DNA of 64,000 bases, from contig JBBIJE010000007.1 in the NCBI GenBank assembly GCA_037446155.1, positions 1,765-65,764 of the forward strand, given 5' to 3'. Position numbers and translations under genes: made by a program. The notes below the pieces were generated by a model, which did not search any database, was not told the DNA's origin, and saw nothing but the letters and a program-made list of their open reading frames with translations. Of the stretch, positions 48,563 to 59,039 are shown piece by piece (the stretch's first letter is position 1; each line of letters opens with the position of its first letter). Origin of the DNA: Myxococcales bacterium. Lineage in GTDB: Bacteria > Desulfobacterota > Binatia > UTPRO1 > JBBIJE01.

Positions 48563-49867
48563 TCATTCCCCTTGCGGCTGCCGGTCAACCGGCTCCACCT
48601 TGAGCACCATGCCCTGAACCCCTGTCACCCTAACCCGCGTTCCCACCTCGAGCTCCCGACCAGCTTCCGCACTCCAATACTCGCCGTGGACCCAGACCTT
48701 GCCCCTGGGGGCCAGCTTGACCCGCACCTCGCCAATTTCCCCGAGCAATCCCTCGGTTCCCAAAATCTGGCGCCGGCTTTGCGAACGCACGACGAAAAAC
48801 GCCACTCCGAGCATGAAGACTCCAACCGTCAGGCCCGCCGCTACGGCAATCGAGCTATCCACTCCCACGGTCGACTCCGGTGTATCAAAAAGCAGCAAAG
48901 ATCCCAAAACGAAGGACACGATACCACCGATCCCTATGACCCCGAAGCTCGGCAGGAACGCTTCGGTGACGAGGAGAGCGAGTCCAAGCAAGAGGAGGAG
49001 CAAGCCCGTGTAGTTTATCGGAAGGACCTGGAAAGCCGCCAGCGCCAATATCAGACATATCGCCCCCGCCACGCCTGGAAAGATGACCCCGGGGTGGGAG
49101 AATTCCATGTAAAGGCCGAGCAAGGCAGCCATGAAGAGCAGGTAAGCAATATTCGGGTCGGCTAGAACGTTCAGAATCTTCTGGCCCACGCGCATCTCGA
49201 GGCTGGCAACCTCGGGAGGAGACGAGAAATCCAGTTTGACCTTGACGCCCCCCTCCAGCTCTACCTCCTTACCATGCGCCTGCCTGAAAAGGTCCGCGAG
49301 GTCGACGGCGACGAAATCGATGACGTTTTTCTCCAACGCCTCCCGCTCGGTTATCGATACGCTCTCGCGAACCGCTTTCTCCGCCCACTCGGCATTGCGA
49401 CCCCGCCGATCGGCGATGGTCTGACTGAAGGAAGCGGTGAAGTTCTCGACCTTCTCCCGCATGTCCTTGCCCAGAGTCTCGCCGGCCCCGCCCACCGGGT
49501 GAGCCGCTCCGATATTGGTCCCCGGCGCCATCGCCGCCACGTGCGCCGCCATGGTTATGAATACCCCAGCCGAGCCGGCCCCCGCGCCGCTCGGCGCCAC
49601 ATAGACGACGATGGGCACCGGCGAGCCGAGAATACTTTTTACCATAGAACGAGTAGAGCTTAGGAGGCCTCCGGGGGTGTCCAGTTGGACCACCAAAGCC
49701 AAGGCGCCGTCAGTGAGGCTCCTGTCGATACTCTGCTGGAGGAACTCGGCTACGGCCGGATTGATGGTGCCCTCGACAACGATGCGGTTCACGTGGGCGG
49801 CAAAGGTGAGCGACGCAGGCGCCAAGAGCGCCGCCCACGCCCCTGCCGCAAGCGCCCTGAATCTCAT
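48563..49867 (-). CDS. NfeD-like membrane-bound ClpP-class serine protease (stomatin operon partner)
   Basis: Signal peptide, ClpP-like fold region, C-terminal TM helices plus OB-fold tail (RVRVTGVQGMVLKVEPV). Probable start MRFRALAAG; the track ORF extends to 50167 across the udg 3' end. Confidence 0.8.
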   Translation of the reverse strand: MRFRALAAGAWAALLAPASLTFAAHVNRIVVEGTINPAVAEFLQQSIDRSLTDGALALVVQLDTPGGLLSSTRSMVKSILGSPVPIVVYVAPSGAGAGSAGVFITMAAHVAAMAPGTNIGAAHPVGGAGETLGKDMREKVENFTASFSQTIADRRGRNAEWAEKAVRESVSITEREALEKNVIDFVAVDLADLFRQAHGKEVELEGGVKVKLDFSSPPEVASLEMRVGQKILNVLADPNIAYLLFMAALLGLYMEFSHPGVIFPGVAGAICLILALAAFQVLPINYTGLLLLLLGLALLVTEAFLPSFGVIGIGGIVSFVLGSLLLFDTPESTVGVDSSIAVAAGLTVGVFMLGVAFFVVRSQSRRQILGTEGLLGEIGEVRVKLAPRGKVWVHGEYWSAEAGRELEVGTRVRVTGVQGMVLKVEPVDRQPQGE

Positions 49868-50745
49868 CCGGCTATCCCGACCGCCCGCATGACCTCTCGT
49901 ATGTCTTCCCACACTGCCTGCTTTTGAGAGGGGTTGCGCAGAAGGTAGGCGGGGTGAAAGGTCGGCATGAGAGGTATCCCGCAATATTCCTGCCAACTCC
50001 CGCGCACCCGTGTGATCGACACCTGCCCACCCAAGAGGGCCTGCACAGCCACCGTTCCCAGTGCCACGATCACGCGCGGTCCTATCAACTCGATCTGGCG
50101 CTTGAGAAAGGGCAGGCAAGCGGCGATCTCGTCCGGTTGAGGGGTGCGGTTCCCTTCGGGTCTGCATTTGACGATGTTGGCTATATAAACGTCTTCGCGC
50201 CTGAGCTTCATTCCGTTGGTTATGATGCGCGTAAGAAGCTGCCCGGCTCGTCCCACGAAAGGCTCTCCTCGAAGATCCTCTTCTTCACCTGGTCCCTCGC
50301 CCACGAACATGACCTGCGCCCTGGGGTTGCCGACGCCGAACACTATGTGCGTGCGGCCGCCTGCAAGCTTGCAACGTCGGCATCCCTCCAGCGCCTCCGC
50401 CAACTCTTCCAAAGTACGAGCCCCTGCTGTCTTTGGCTCCCCGAACAAATCACCCGAAGCGACGAAAGCTCTTGGCCGCAGCCTAGTTCCCGCGCCTTCC
50501 CCCGCCACCCCACCGGCTTCGCGCTCTGTCACGGTCCCAGCCTTGCCCGCCTTTTCGGCTGCGCCTGGTGCCCCCAAGTCCCTTCTGCTTATCCGCCTTC
50601 GGCTAAGCGGAAGTTCCTCTACACCGGTCTCGCGCAACCACTCGAGGTAGGCGCGCACCCCCTCGGCCAAGGCCCTCACTTCGGTCAAGGGGTCTTGTGC
50701 TCCGCCGCCTTTAACGGACATGATGGACGGGCAGGACATGTTCAC
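49864..50745 (-). CDS. Uracil-DNA glycosylase, family 4, with N-terminal extension
   Basis: [34 protein letters not shown] motifs of family-4 UDG. About 100 aa of low-complexity N-terminal extension whose reality is uncertain. Confidence 0.75.
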   Translation of the reverse strand: MNMSCPSIMSVKGGGAQDPLTEVRALAEGVRAYLEWLRETGVEELPLSRRRISRRDLGAPGAAEKAGKAGTVTEREAGGVAGEGAGTRLRPRAFVASGDLFGEPKTAGARTLEELAEALEGCRRCKLAGGRTHIVFGVGNPRAQVMFVGEGPGEEEDLRGEPFVGRAGQLLTRIITNGMKLRREDVYIANIVKCRPEGNRTPQPDEIAACLPFLKRQIELIGPRVIVALGTVAVQALLGGQVSITRVRGSWQEYCGIPLMPTFHPAYLLRNPSQKQAVWEDIREVMRAVGIAG

Positions 50746-50765
50746 GAACGCTGCGTGGACCGATC

Positions 50766-51686
50766 ATGTTGATACTCGCCCTTGGCGCTAGTTTGATCCT
50801 CGTCCTTCTTTCGCCCCAGGTCGCCCTCGCCTGGGGACCCTTGACTCACCTAACGCACGGGGCAACGGTACTCGATGGTCTTACCACGCTCTCCCCGGCG
50901 CTTCAAGAATTGCTCGGCGCCAACCGCATGGCCTACCTCTACGGTTGCGTAGGCGCCGACATCGTGCAAGCGAAAAGATACGCGAGCAGCCTTCGCACTC
51001 ATTGCCACAGCTGGCACGTCGGGTGGAAAATGCTGGCCGAAGCGGGCAGCGACATCGAGCGCGCGTTCGCGTACGGGTACCTCTCTCATTTGGCAGCGGA
51101 TGTCTTCTCGCACAACCATTTCGTGCCGCTTCAATTGATCGCGAGCTATCGAAGCCGCACTCTCCTCCACGCGTACTGGGAAGCTCGTTTCGACGCCTTG
51201 CAACCGCGAAAGAATCGGGCTCTGCTCGCCCAAGTCTTGCGCCGCCTTTACCCTCAGTGCGATCGACTGATGGAGCGCGTGGTCGAGAGAACCCTGTTTT
51301 CCTTCCGGACGAACAAGCGCATCTTCAACTCCGTAATGGCCTTGCAGCGACTCGAGCAGTGGCAGGCTTTGATGCAACGGGTGGGAGAGCGCTCGCGCTA
51401 TCCCTTGGGGGAGGCTACGGTGGAGCGGTACAACCAGCTTTGCGCGCAAGCGATCGCCTCGCTGCTGGCCAAAGGTAGGCGCGCCCATTGCGTCAAGAGC
51501 GATCCGACCGGTGCCCAGAATATTTCGCGCGCCCACGAGATTCGTAGAAAGCTCAAGCGACTGCAGCGACGAGGCCGGCTCGACCAAATGACGATGGCGA
51601 GTCTGATCGAGAAATACCTTCCCGAACTTTCGCGCGGACAGCCAGGGACAGAATTGCAACACTGGCAAGTTCCCGGGCCGGGCTAG
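50766..51686 (+). CDS. Secreted zinc-dependent phospholipase C / S1-P1 nuclease superfamily protein
   Basis: Signal peptide; mature N-terminus AWGPLTHLTHG resembles the Trp1/His Zn-ligand start of PLC/P1 nuclease, and HLAADVFSHNH resembles their central His cluster. Confidence 0.4.
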   Translation: MLILALGASLILVLLSPQVALAWGPLTHLTHGATVLDGLTTLSPALQELLGANRMAYLYGCVGADIVQAKRYASSLRTHCHSWHVGWKMLAEAGSDIERAFAYGYLSHLAADVFSHNHFVPLQLIASYRSRTLLHAYWEARFDALQPRKNRALLAQVLRRLYPQCDRLMERVVERTLFSFRTNKRIFNSVMALQRLEQWQALMQRVGERSRYPLGEATVERYNQLCAQAIASLLAKGRRAHCVKSDPTGAQNISRAHEIRRKLKRLQRRGRLDQMTMASLIEKYLPELSRGQPGTELQHWQVPGPG

Positions 51687-52265
51687 TTACGAACCCCCGC
51701 CACGGGACACGATCGGCCAGGGACACCCGCACGCGCGCCACTGGCGAAGCTTTTCCAGGTAGCGCCCGCGCAATTGCTTGAAGAAGCTGAGGGCGCGAGG
51801 CTCGGCATAGTCCCTGTAGGTAGTGCGAAGCGCCCGAAAGGAGCCGCTCTCGAAAAGGAGCGTTACCTCCCCGAACACACCCTCTCCCAGGTAGAGCCGA
51901 TGGGGCGCCGACTTACCCGATGCGAGAGCGACTTTACCGGCGTCGACGTAACCGGGATCGACATTGACCCGCCGCCTAACCTCGTCGTCCGAGACGCGGG
52001 CTAGAGCCCTCTCGATTTCCCGCGCCTCCCACTTTAACGAAACGAGCGATTCGGGGGAGACGAGCGCATCGAAGCCGAGGAATTGCCGGAAGAGGACCCG
52101 CCCCATTTCGCGTTCGTAATAATCGCTGTATGACCAGCGGTAGCTGGGCGAGCGCGACCACACGGCACCTATCCGCGCCTCGAGAAGCGCTTGCGCCCGC
52201 CGCAACGCCTCTACGTCGCACGCCAGAAGGGCCGCGATCGGAAGGACCGGCTCCGGCCGGGAAAC
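51687..52265 (-). CDS. DUF4416-family protein
   Basis: WSYSDYYEREMG...NVDPGY motifs as I remember them for DUF4416. The start is placed at an internal V so as not to overlap coaBC; the track ORF runs to 52325. Confidence 0.4.
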   Translation of the reverse strand, partial: VSRPEPVLPIAALLACDVEALRRAQALLEARIGAVWSRSPSYRWSYSDYYEREMGRVLFRQFLGFDALVSPESLVSLKWEAREIERALARVSDDEVRRRVNVDPGYVDAGKVALASGKSAPHRLYLGEGVFGEVTLLFESGSFRALRTTYRDYAEPRALSFFKQLRGRYLEKLRQWRACGCPWPIVSRGGGS

Positions 52266-52284
52266 TTTACTTGCATCCCCAAGC

Positions 52285-53523
52285 TCACCGGCTCCGCCTG
52301 CCGCTTCGTGTGGCCTCGCGCACATCGAGCAACCTTACCAGGCGGTCCAACAAAATGTCGGCGATCTCGTCCTTGTCCTTTTTGGGCAGCCGCTGCGGTT
52401 TAGCGCCGCGCTCGACGATCGTGACGATATTGGTATCGGAGTCGAAACCAGCGCCGGGCTGGCTGACGTCGTTGGCCACTATCATATCGACGCCTTTGCG
52501 CTCCAGTTTCTCCTTGGCACGCTCGTCGACGCTTCCCGTCTCGGCCGCGAATCCGATCAGCACCGAACTTCGGTGTGCCCCGCCGAGCTCGCCCAAAATG
52601 TCCGGGTTGGGCTCGAGCCGAAGCGAGAGAGCGGAGCCGATGCGTCTGATCTTGGTCGTGCGCGGCTTCGCGACCCTGAAATCTCCAACCGCCGCCGCCA
52701 TGATGATTGCGTTGGCTCGAGGTGCAGAAGCTAGCACGGCACGACGCATCTCCTCCGCAGAAAGGACCCTGGTGAAGTTCACGCCCCTGGGAACAGGCAA
52801 GGTCGTGGGGCCAGATACCAGATCCACCTCGGCCCCGCGCCGCCTCGCCGCCCGCGCAATGGCGAACCCCATTTTGCCGGAGGAACGGTTGGCAATGTAC
52901 CGGACCGGATCGAGCGCCTCCCAAGTCGGGCCGGCGGTCACGAGGATTCGCTTGGCGGCGAGGTCGTCGGGCTGGAGCGCGCCGGCCACCTCCTCGACCA
53001 GCTCCACCGGTTCCGGCAGCCTCCCCCTACCCTCGTATCCACACGCCAGATCGCCCTCCGCCGGCTCGATCACCCGAAAGCCGAGCTCCCTAAGCCGCCT
53101 CACGTTAGCTTCGACCCGGCGATCCTCGAGCATGTGCACATTCATGGCCGGCGCCACGCACACCGGGGCCCTGGTAGCGGCGATCACCGTGGTGAGCAAG
53201 TCGTCGGCTATGCCGACCGCGAGCTTGGCAATTATGTTCGCCGTGGCCGGAGCGACGACGACCGCATCTGCCCTCTCGGCCAGGCCGATGTGACCTATCC
53301 GGGCTTCCTCGGCCAGGTCGAAGACCGATGTCCCAACGGGGTTGCCAGAGAGAGCCTGAAAGGTAAGCTCGCCCACGAAGTTGCGCGCACCGGCCGTCAT
53401 GATCACGCGCACGGAAGCTTCCTGCTTGACGAGCAGGCGCACCAGCTCAGCGGCCTTGTACGCGGCAATCCCCCCGCTCACGCCCACGATGATGTTCTTG
53501 CCCTTGAAGACGTGTTGGAGCAT
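52285..53523 (-). CDS. coaBC: Bifunctional phosphopantothenoylcysteine decarboxylase / phosphopantothenate-cysteine ligase CoaBC
   Basis: Flavoprotein N-domain ([14 protein letters not shown]) and DFP C-domain ([11 protein letters not shown]). Confidence 0.9.
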   Translation of the reverse strand: MLQHVFKGKNIIVGVSGGIAAYKAAELVRLLVKQEASVRVIMTAGARNFVGELTFQALSGNPVGTSVFDLAEEARIGHIGLAERADAVVVAPATANIIAKLAVGIADDLLTTVIAATRAPVCVAPAMNVHMLEDRRVEANVRRLRELGFRVIEPAEGDLACGYEGRGRLPEPVELVEEVAGALQPDDLAAKRILVTAGPTWEALDPVRYIANRSSGKMGFAIARAARRRGAEVDLVSGPTTLPVPRGVNFTRVLSAEEMRRAVLASAPRANAIIMAAAVGDFRVAKPRTTKIRRIGSALSLRLEPNPDILGELGGAHRSSVLIGFAAETGSVDERAKEKLERKGVDMIVANDVSQPGAGFDSDTNIVTIVERGAKPQRLPKKDKDEIADILLDRLVRLLDVREATRSGRRSR

Positions 53524-53539
53524 CCCTCAGGTGCTCTCT

Positions 53540-54529
53540 CTAACTCGGTCTCTCCGCCCGCCTGATCTCTTCGAGGCCGACCCCCTGGTAAATGAGACAG
53601 GCCGCCCCGAGAGCCACTTGCGTGACGAACTGTACCGCATGCGCGAATACAGAATAACCCAGCGCCTGCCCTGGCGAAATACCGTAAATACCGAGCGCCA
53701 CTTGGCACCCCGCCTGGAAGGTGCCAATGAAACCCGGGGCCGAGGGCGCGGCAACGGCGACAGCGACCCCCACAACAACCACCACGGAACCCCACACAAA
53801 TGGCACTTCCAACTCCAGGGCAAGAAAGCCCATCCCGAACGAGGCTGCGATAACCCCCCAAAGCACAGCCGACCAACCAGCGGCTTGGAGCAACGCAGCG
53901 CCGCTGCCCAAGGCCTGCAACCCGGCCACGAATCCTTCCACCAGCCTGAGCGTCCTGTCCCGTAGGGCCCCGGGCATGCGCGCCGCCACCGCTTCCACCA
54001 AACCAAGAGCGATCCGGCTCCTTCTCTGGAGGAGGATAGTCACGAGCAACAAACCCAGCGCCAGCGCAAATGGCACCGATGCCCAGGCCCGCAACTTTCC
54101 CGCGTCGGGCAGGGAAACGAGCACCATGCCGAGCATGAAAAGCACGCTCAACATGTCGAACAACCGCTCGAGCAGAGAGCTTCCCAGCAGGCCGGCGAGC
54201 GGAATGCCGAGCCAGCGTCCGAGCAGGTAGGGCTTCACCACCTCGCCCGCCCGACCGGGGAGCACCATGTTGCAAAAGCCGATACCGATGGCCGTCGACG
54301 AAAAAAGCGGGCCGAGCCTGAATTCACCGAGCGGTCGAAGCAACACCCTCCAGCGCAGCGCTCGTATGTAGAAGGTACCGACACCCAAAATTACCATGGG
54401 AACCAGATAAAAGTAGTGAGCTCCGCGCAATGCCGCCGACACCTCAGCCCAATCGACTCCTAGCGAAGCGTACCATAACCCGCTGGCTGAAATGGCGACG
54501 GCAGACAAGGCCGCAAAGCTACGGCGCAT
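53540..54529 (-). CDS. UPF0104 / lysyl-PG-synthase-TM-region family (flippase-like) membrane protein
   Basis: 329 aa, ~8 TM helices, [13 protein letters not shown] motif characteristic of TIGR00374. Confidence 0.65.
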   Translation of the reverse strand: MRRSFAALSAVAISASGLWYASLGVDWAEVSAALRGAHYFYLVPMVILGVGTFYIRALRWRVLLRPLGEFRLGPLFSSTAIGIGFCNMVLPGRAGEVVKPYLLGRWLGIPLAGLLGSSLLERLFDMLSVLFMLGMVLVSLPDAGKLRAWASVPFALALGLLLVTILLQRRSRIALGLVEAVAARMPGALRDRTLRLVEGFVAGLQALGSGAALLQAAGWSAVLWGVIAASFGMGFLALELEVPFVWGSVVVVVGVAVAVAAPSAPGFIGTFQAGCQVALGIYGISPGQALGYSVFAHAVQFVTQVALGAACLIYQGVGLEEIRRAERPS

Positions 54530-54690
54530 CGCTCCCCCGGCGCCTCGATCCCCAAAGCGTCAGGCCGATACCCGCCAGCAGGAGCGACCAGCCGAAAGGC
54601 GGCCAGAGAGCATCGAGAACCGCTCCGGCTCCGAGCAGACTCAGGTAGACGCCCAATACGACCGCGGCACCCATGCGCCCTGCCTACCCC

Positions 54691-55431
54691 TCAATCGAGC
54701 CTTCTCAGAACGATGGCCACCCGTTCGATGGCCGTCGCCTGACTGAGAACGGCGACCGCCACGAGGCTCGCGGCAAGCAACGGGTGGGCGGGCGTGCAAA
54801 ACAGGTTGCCGAATATGACGTCAAAGATCGATCCGAATCCCAGCACCACGTACCTTTCGGGCCTTTGCATCATGCCTGCCTTGCAATCGACCCCCAGCGC
54901 TGCCGCCCGCGCACGCACGTAGCTAACGAGCAAGCTCCCAACGAGCGCTATCACCGCGACCGGTCCGAGCCAACTTCCCCGGTAAAAAAACCCGAGTCCC
55001 GCGTACGGGAAAAGCTCCGCGTACCTGTCCCCCACCGAATCGAGAAAGGCGCCCCGGTTGCTCACCTTACCCGTGGCGCGCGCCATGTAACCATCCAGCA
55101 CGTCCAGCGTGCCGCTGCCGATGAGAAGCCAGCCGGCCGTAAAGAGCCGCCCGCAATAGTATGCAAGACCTACTAGAACGCTTACGCCGATCTGCACCGC
55201 CGTGAGCCAGGCCGGGTCGATGCCACGGCGCACCAGGGCATCGCCCAAAGGCGCCACGGCCTCGGAAAGCCAAGCGCGCAGCCGAAACCCGAGCAGGCCG
55301 GTCGCCGTGGGTGCTGCCGCGCCTTCGGGCCGAGAAAATAGGGGAAGGAAATTACGCAGACAAAGATACGCGATCGCCAGTAAGACGGCCAGAGCTAGGG
55401 TTGGCCGGCATGTGGGCTCTGCCGCCGGCAC
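54691..55431 (-). CDS. CDP-alcohol phosphatidyltransferase (probable phosphatidylinositol-phosphate synthase type)
   Basis: DG(x)2AR(x)8G(x)3D(x)3D motif: DVLDGYMARATGKVSNRGAFLDSVGDRYAE. Its start lies 3 nt from the ino1 stop. Confidence 0.8.
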   Translation of the reverse strand: MPAAEPTCRPTLALAVLLAIAYLCLRNFLPLFSRPEGAAAPTATGLLGFRLRAWLSEAVAPLGDALVRRGIDPAWLTAVQIGVSVLVGLAYYCGRLFTAGWLLIGSGTLDVLDGYMARATGKVSNRGAFLDSVGDRYAELFPYAGLGFFYRGSWLGPVAVIALVGSLLVSYVRARAAALGVDCKAGMMQRPERYVVLGFGSIFDVIFGNLFCTPAHPLLAASLVAVAVLSQATAIERVAIVLRRLD

Positions 55432-55433
55432 CC

Positions 55434-56552
55434 CTAATTGTCGATCTCGCCACGGATAAACTTCTCTACCCGCTCGCGAGCCAAATCGTCAGCCATCTGG
55501 ACGGGGGGATGCTTCATGAAATACGCGGAGACACTGTGCAGCGGCCCCCCGATGCACCGATCGCGGGCCAGCCGGCAACACCTGATAGCATCGATGGCCA
55601 CCCCGCCGGAGTTGGGGCTGTCTTCGACCGAGAGCCGAAGCTCCAGTTCTATGGGAACTCCGGCGAAGCCCCGGCCCTCTACCCGCAGGAAACAAACTTT
55701 GTTGTCGCGCTGCCAGGGCACGTAGTCGCTCGGACCGATGTGGATATCCTGGGCGGGCATGCGCTCGGGCATGACACTTTGGACCGCCTCGGTTTTCGAA
55801 ATCTTTTTGGACCCCAAACGGGTGCGATTCAACATGTTGAGAAAGTCGGTGTTGCCACCCGTATTGAGCTGATACGTGTGCTCGAGCTTGATGCCCCGGT
55901 CGGAGCAAAGCTTCGCAAGTGCCCTGTGCACGATGGTCGCCCCGAACTGCGACTTGATATCGTCTCCAACGGCGGGAATGCCGCGGCTCGAAAATCGCTC
56001 GGCCCAAACTCGATCCGACACGATGAAAACAGGCATGCAGTTTACGAACCCAACTCCCGCCTCGAGGCACGCCGTGGCATAGTATTCCGTAGCACGCTGG
56101 CTTCCAACCGGCAGATAATTGACCAGTACCTCTGCCCCGGTTCTCTTGAGCACTGCGGCGACATCCACGGGCGGTAGCTCGGCAAGTACGAAGGTTTGAT
56201 CTTCCGGATACTGCAGCATGTGCTCCGACACCCCGTCGAGCACTGGCCCCATCTGCACGGTGACTCCCGACGGAGGTAGCTTCTCGACGATCCTCCTCGT
56301 GTTGTTCGGTTTGGCGAAGGCCGCAACCTCGAGTGGGAATCCCACTTTTCGGACGTCGACGTCGAAGGCACACACAACCTCGATGTCCTCCGGCCTGTAG
56401 CCGGCCAGGTCGTAATGCATGAGGCCCACATGGTCGGCCCGCGCCGCTTCGCCCGCCTGACGGTAATACTCGATGCCCTGCAGAAGGCTGCTGGCACAGT
56501 TACCAACGCCAGCGATGCCGAGTCGTATCTTCCCCATTTTCACCTTCCCCAT
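55434..56552 (-). CDS. ino1: myo-Inositol-3-phosphate synthase (Ino1, prokaryotic short type)
   Basis: N-terminal Rossmann IRLGIAGVGNCASSLLQG, central NTGGNTDF region, ~370 aa as in archaeal/bacterial MIPS. Confidence 0.8.
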   Translation of the reverse strand: MGKVKMGKIRLGIAGVGNCASSLLQGIEYYRQAGEAARADHVGLMHYDLAGYRPEDIEVVCAFDVDVRKVGFPLEVAAFAKPNNTRRIVEKLPPSGVTVQMGPVLDGVSEHMLQYPEDQTFVLAELPPVDVAAVLKRTGAEVLVNYLPVGSQRATEYYATACLEAGVGFVNCMPVFIVSDRVWAERFSSRGIPAVGDDIKSQFGATIVHRALAKLCSDRGIKLEHTYQLNTGGNTDFLNMLNRTRLGSKKISKTEAVQSVMPERMPAQDIHIGPSDYVPWQRDNKVCFLRVEGRGFAGVPIELELRLSVEDSPNSGGVAIDAIRCCRLARDRCIGGPLHSVSAYFMKHPPVQMADDLARERVEKFIRGEIDN

Positions 56553-56722
56553 GCGGCCATGGCCGACGCCACTGTGAAGATACCCTAGCCCGTTCCGTTT
56601 AGCACAAGCGTGCGAAAACTCAACAGAAAGCGAGCGGTTTTATAGCCGATAGGTCCCCAGTTGTAAAGTGCGCCTCCAGCCCCTGGGCTTCTCCTGCCCG
56701 GGATGATCGCGTCACTTTGCGG

Positions 56723-57058
56723 CTACTTTTTACGGAAGCGCGAGGGAAAGTCTGGGGGAAACTCTTGACCGGGGTGTAAGCGCTTTGCCTTTTCCAACAG
56801 TTGCTCCTCGGTCTCCTCGTCGTCTGGATTTGGGACACAGCAATCGACCGGGCAAACCGCCGCGCATTGTTCCTGGTCAAAGAAACCGACACACTCGGTG
56901 CACTTCTCCGGCACTATGTAGTATATATCGTCTTTCAACGCCGGCTTTTTCTCGCCATTATGCTCCCACTCCACCCCACCCTCGTAAATCGCCGTGTTGG
57001 GGCATTCTGGTTCGCAAGCTCCGCAGTTGATGCACTCCTCCGTTATCATCGTGGACAT
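56723..57058 (-). CDS. 2x[4Fe-4S] ferredoxin
   Basis: [12 protein letters not shown] and [18 protein letters not shown] cluster motifs. ATG at 57058 (MSTMITEEC) checked on the sequence. Confidence 0.8.
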   Translation of the reverse strand: MSTMITEECINCGACEPECPNTAIYEGGVEWEHNGEKKPALKDDIYYIVPEKCTECVGFFDQEQCAAVCPVDCCVPNPDDEETEEQLLEKAKRLHPGQEFPPDFPSRFRKK

Positions 57059-57326
57059 TGCCGACCTCCTGTACCCGCTCTTCCTGTTAACATAGGTTAC
57101 GACGCCAAGCAAAGCAACCGACGCCCGCCCAGACATCGCGCCTATAACGAGCCCAAGAAAGGACCAATGTCAATGGTCGGACCGCTGCATCCACTTCGCC
57201 AGTCGGCAAAGCAGCGTGGCTGCGCCGGCCCTAGCTTGACTTTTCGCCGACTTTGGCATTAGGTGGGCCGCAAGTGCCCGTCGGCACTGGTCCGTGCTGG
57301 CACTTGAGGAAGCACGGTAACTGCCC

Positions 57327-58355
57327 GTGAGCAATCAACCCGAAGAAGGCCATTCAAGCTACCCGAGCGGCGCCCCAGGGGCCGGCGAGCGAAACCCGGG
57401 CAACTCGGCCGCATTCGATCTCGTCGCCGAGGAATTGGCGCAAGTCGAGCGCAAGATCGGCAAGCTCCTGGCGTCACGCGAGCCCCTGCTTTCGGAAATA
57501 GGCTCCTATCTTCTTTCCGCCGGCGGCAAGCGCATTCGGCCTACGGTGGCTGTCCTGATTTTTCGCGCATGCGGCGGCATCGGCAACCAGGACATAGTCG
57601 ATGTCGCGGTAGCGCTCGAGCTCATTCACTCGGCGACTCTGTTGCACGACGACATCATAGACGGGGGAGGCGTGCGCCGAGGCCAGCCCTCGGCCCTGGC
57701 CACCTACGGGTTGGGCAGCACCCTGGTGACAGGCGACTTCCTCTTCAGCAAAGCGTTTCAACTTTGCGGCAGATTCGAGGAGCGGATAGTCGATTGGGCG
57801 GCACAAGCATGTATCGCGTTGACCGAAGGGGAGATAATGCAGAGCCGATTTCGGCGCAACCCCAGCGTTACCATCGACGACTACTTGGAAATAATTACCC
57901 GCAAGACCGCGTCCCTTTTCTGCCAGGGGGCGCGCGTGGCGGCTTATCTTGCCAAGAGCGACGAGGCCACCGTCGAGGCCATGTGGGAGTGTGGGCTCAA
58001 CATCGGCATGGCGTTTCAGATAATCGACGACATCCTCGACGTGGACGGGGATAGCCGCGTTACCGGCAAACCCGTGGGAGCGGATCTACGTGACGGGAAC
58101 CCGTCCCTTCCCGTAGTGCTGGCGTTGGCCCGGGAACCGGCCGTGTATCGGGTGTTCACCCAACCCGCATCCTCCCCAGCGCAGATAGCGGAGGCGCGCT
58201 CCCGGATCAGGACCAGTGGGGTAATTCCCATCGCTCGAAAGCTCGCGTCGCAATACGCTGCGCGCGCTCGCTCGTTTCTCCTCGGCCTGCCTGAATCGAC
58301 GTTCCACCGAGGCCTGACCAACCTGATCGACCTTATCGAAGGACGGCAATTGTAG
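57327..58355 (+). CDS. Polyprenyl diphosphate synthase (IspB/GGPPS family)
   Basis: First DDxxD (LLHDDIIDGGGVRRG) and second DDxxD (QIIDDILD) motifs. Confidence 0.85.
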   Translation: MSNQPEEGHSSYPSGAPGAGERNPGNSAAFDLVAEELAQVERKIGKLLASREPLLSEIGSYLLSAGGKRIRPTVAVLIFRACGGIGNQDIVDVAVALELIHSATLLHDDIIDGGGVRRGQPSALATYGLGSTLVTGDFLFSKAFQLCGRFEERIVDWAAQACIALTEGEIMQSRFRRNPSVTIDDYLEIITRKTASLFCQGARVAAYLAKSDEATVEAMWECGLNIGMAFQIIDDILDVDGDSRVTGKPVGADLRDGNPSLPVVLALAREPAVYRVFTQPASSPAQIAEARSRIRTSGVIPIARKLASQYAARARSFLLGLPESTFHRGLTNLIDLIEGRQL

Positions 58356-58366
58356 GGCGGTGTGCC

Positions 58367-58930
58367 CTAGCCAGTTCCTACGATTCCCTTGGCTTCGCTA
58401 TTGTAGGGCTCGACCTTCTTGCTCTTGACGTCCACCCGCCAGACCGCGCTCTTGCGCTCGCGCAGGCTCCCCTCCTCCCAGGAAAAGGTGACATAGTAGC
58501 TGGATTCGTCCCCCTGCTTCGCGTGCCAGCTCACGCTGGTAACCTCAACCCCATCTTGCTTTCGCTTCTCCACGACCTGGCTGGCACGCTGCTCGAGGGT
58601 CACGCCTCCGACATCGGACCCCTTGGCGATGGCAATCGCCTCCTCGCCGCGGCCGGCGTAGGAATCTCGGGTCTGCGACGAAGCCATGTAGAGGATAACG
58701 CCGACGATCGCCAGCGAAGCGACTGCAATTCCCACCATGATCCACGCAAAGCCCGCACCCCTGTTACTGTGCCAGACCCTACCCTTCTCCATTGTGTTCG
58801 CTACCTCCTTAGTCATACCGTCTGCCGGCGGCGCCAGCCCCCGACCGACCTGCTCGAACCCAAGGGCTGCCGGGCGTCGCCCGAGAACCGTACCAACGCA
58901 GGGCACCTGTGGTGACGCGCCGCGCACCAA
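58367..58930 (-). CDS. Hypothetical membrane-anchored protein
   Basis: Single TM (FAWIMVGIAVASLAIVGVILYM) and a ~110-aa soluble C-terminus. No family recognised; the probable start is MTKEV or MEKGRV. Confidence 0.35.
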   Translation of the reverse strand: MVRGASPQVPCVGTVLGRRPAALGFEQVGRGLAPPADGMTKEVANTMEKGRVWHSNRGAGFAWIMVGIAVASLAIVGVILYMASSQTRDSYAGRGEEAIAIAKGSDVGGVTLEQRASQVVEKRKQDGVEVTSVSWHAKQGDESSYYVTFSWEEGSLRERKSAVWRVDVKSKKVEPYNSEAKGIVGTG

Positions 58931-59039
58931 ACCACGTAGAGGATTTTATCCAAGCCAATCTCCCTTGCAAACTCCTGCGGCGAAGTCAAATCCCTCGAGG
59001 GTCGATCGCCGATAAGCCGCCTAGCGGATCTGCCTTGAC

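Noticed and set aside
55434-57058. Interpretation of ino1 + transferase + polyprenyl synthase + ferredoxin as an archaeal-type ether-lipid pathway.
   Set aside because: No GGGP synthase, DGGGP synthase (UbiA-type) or GGR homologue is present in the window; polyprenyl synthases and ferredoxins are ubiquitous.
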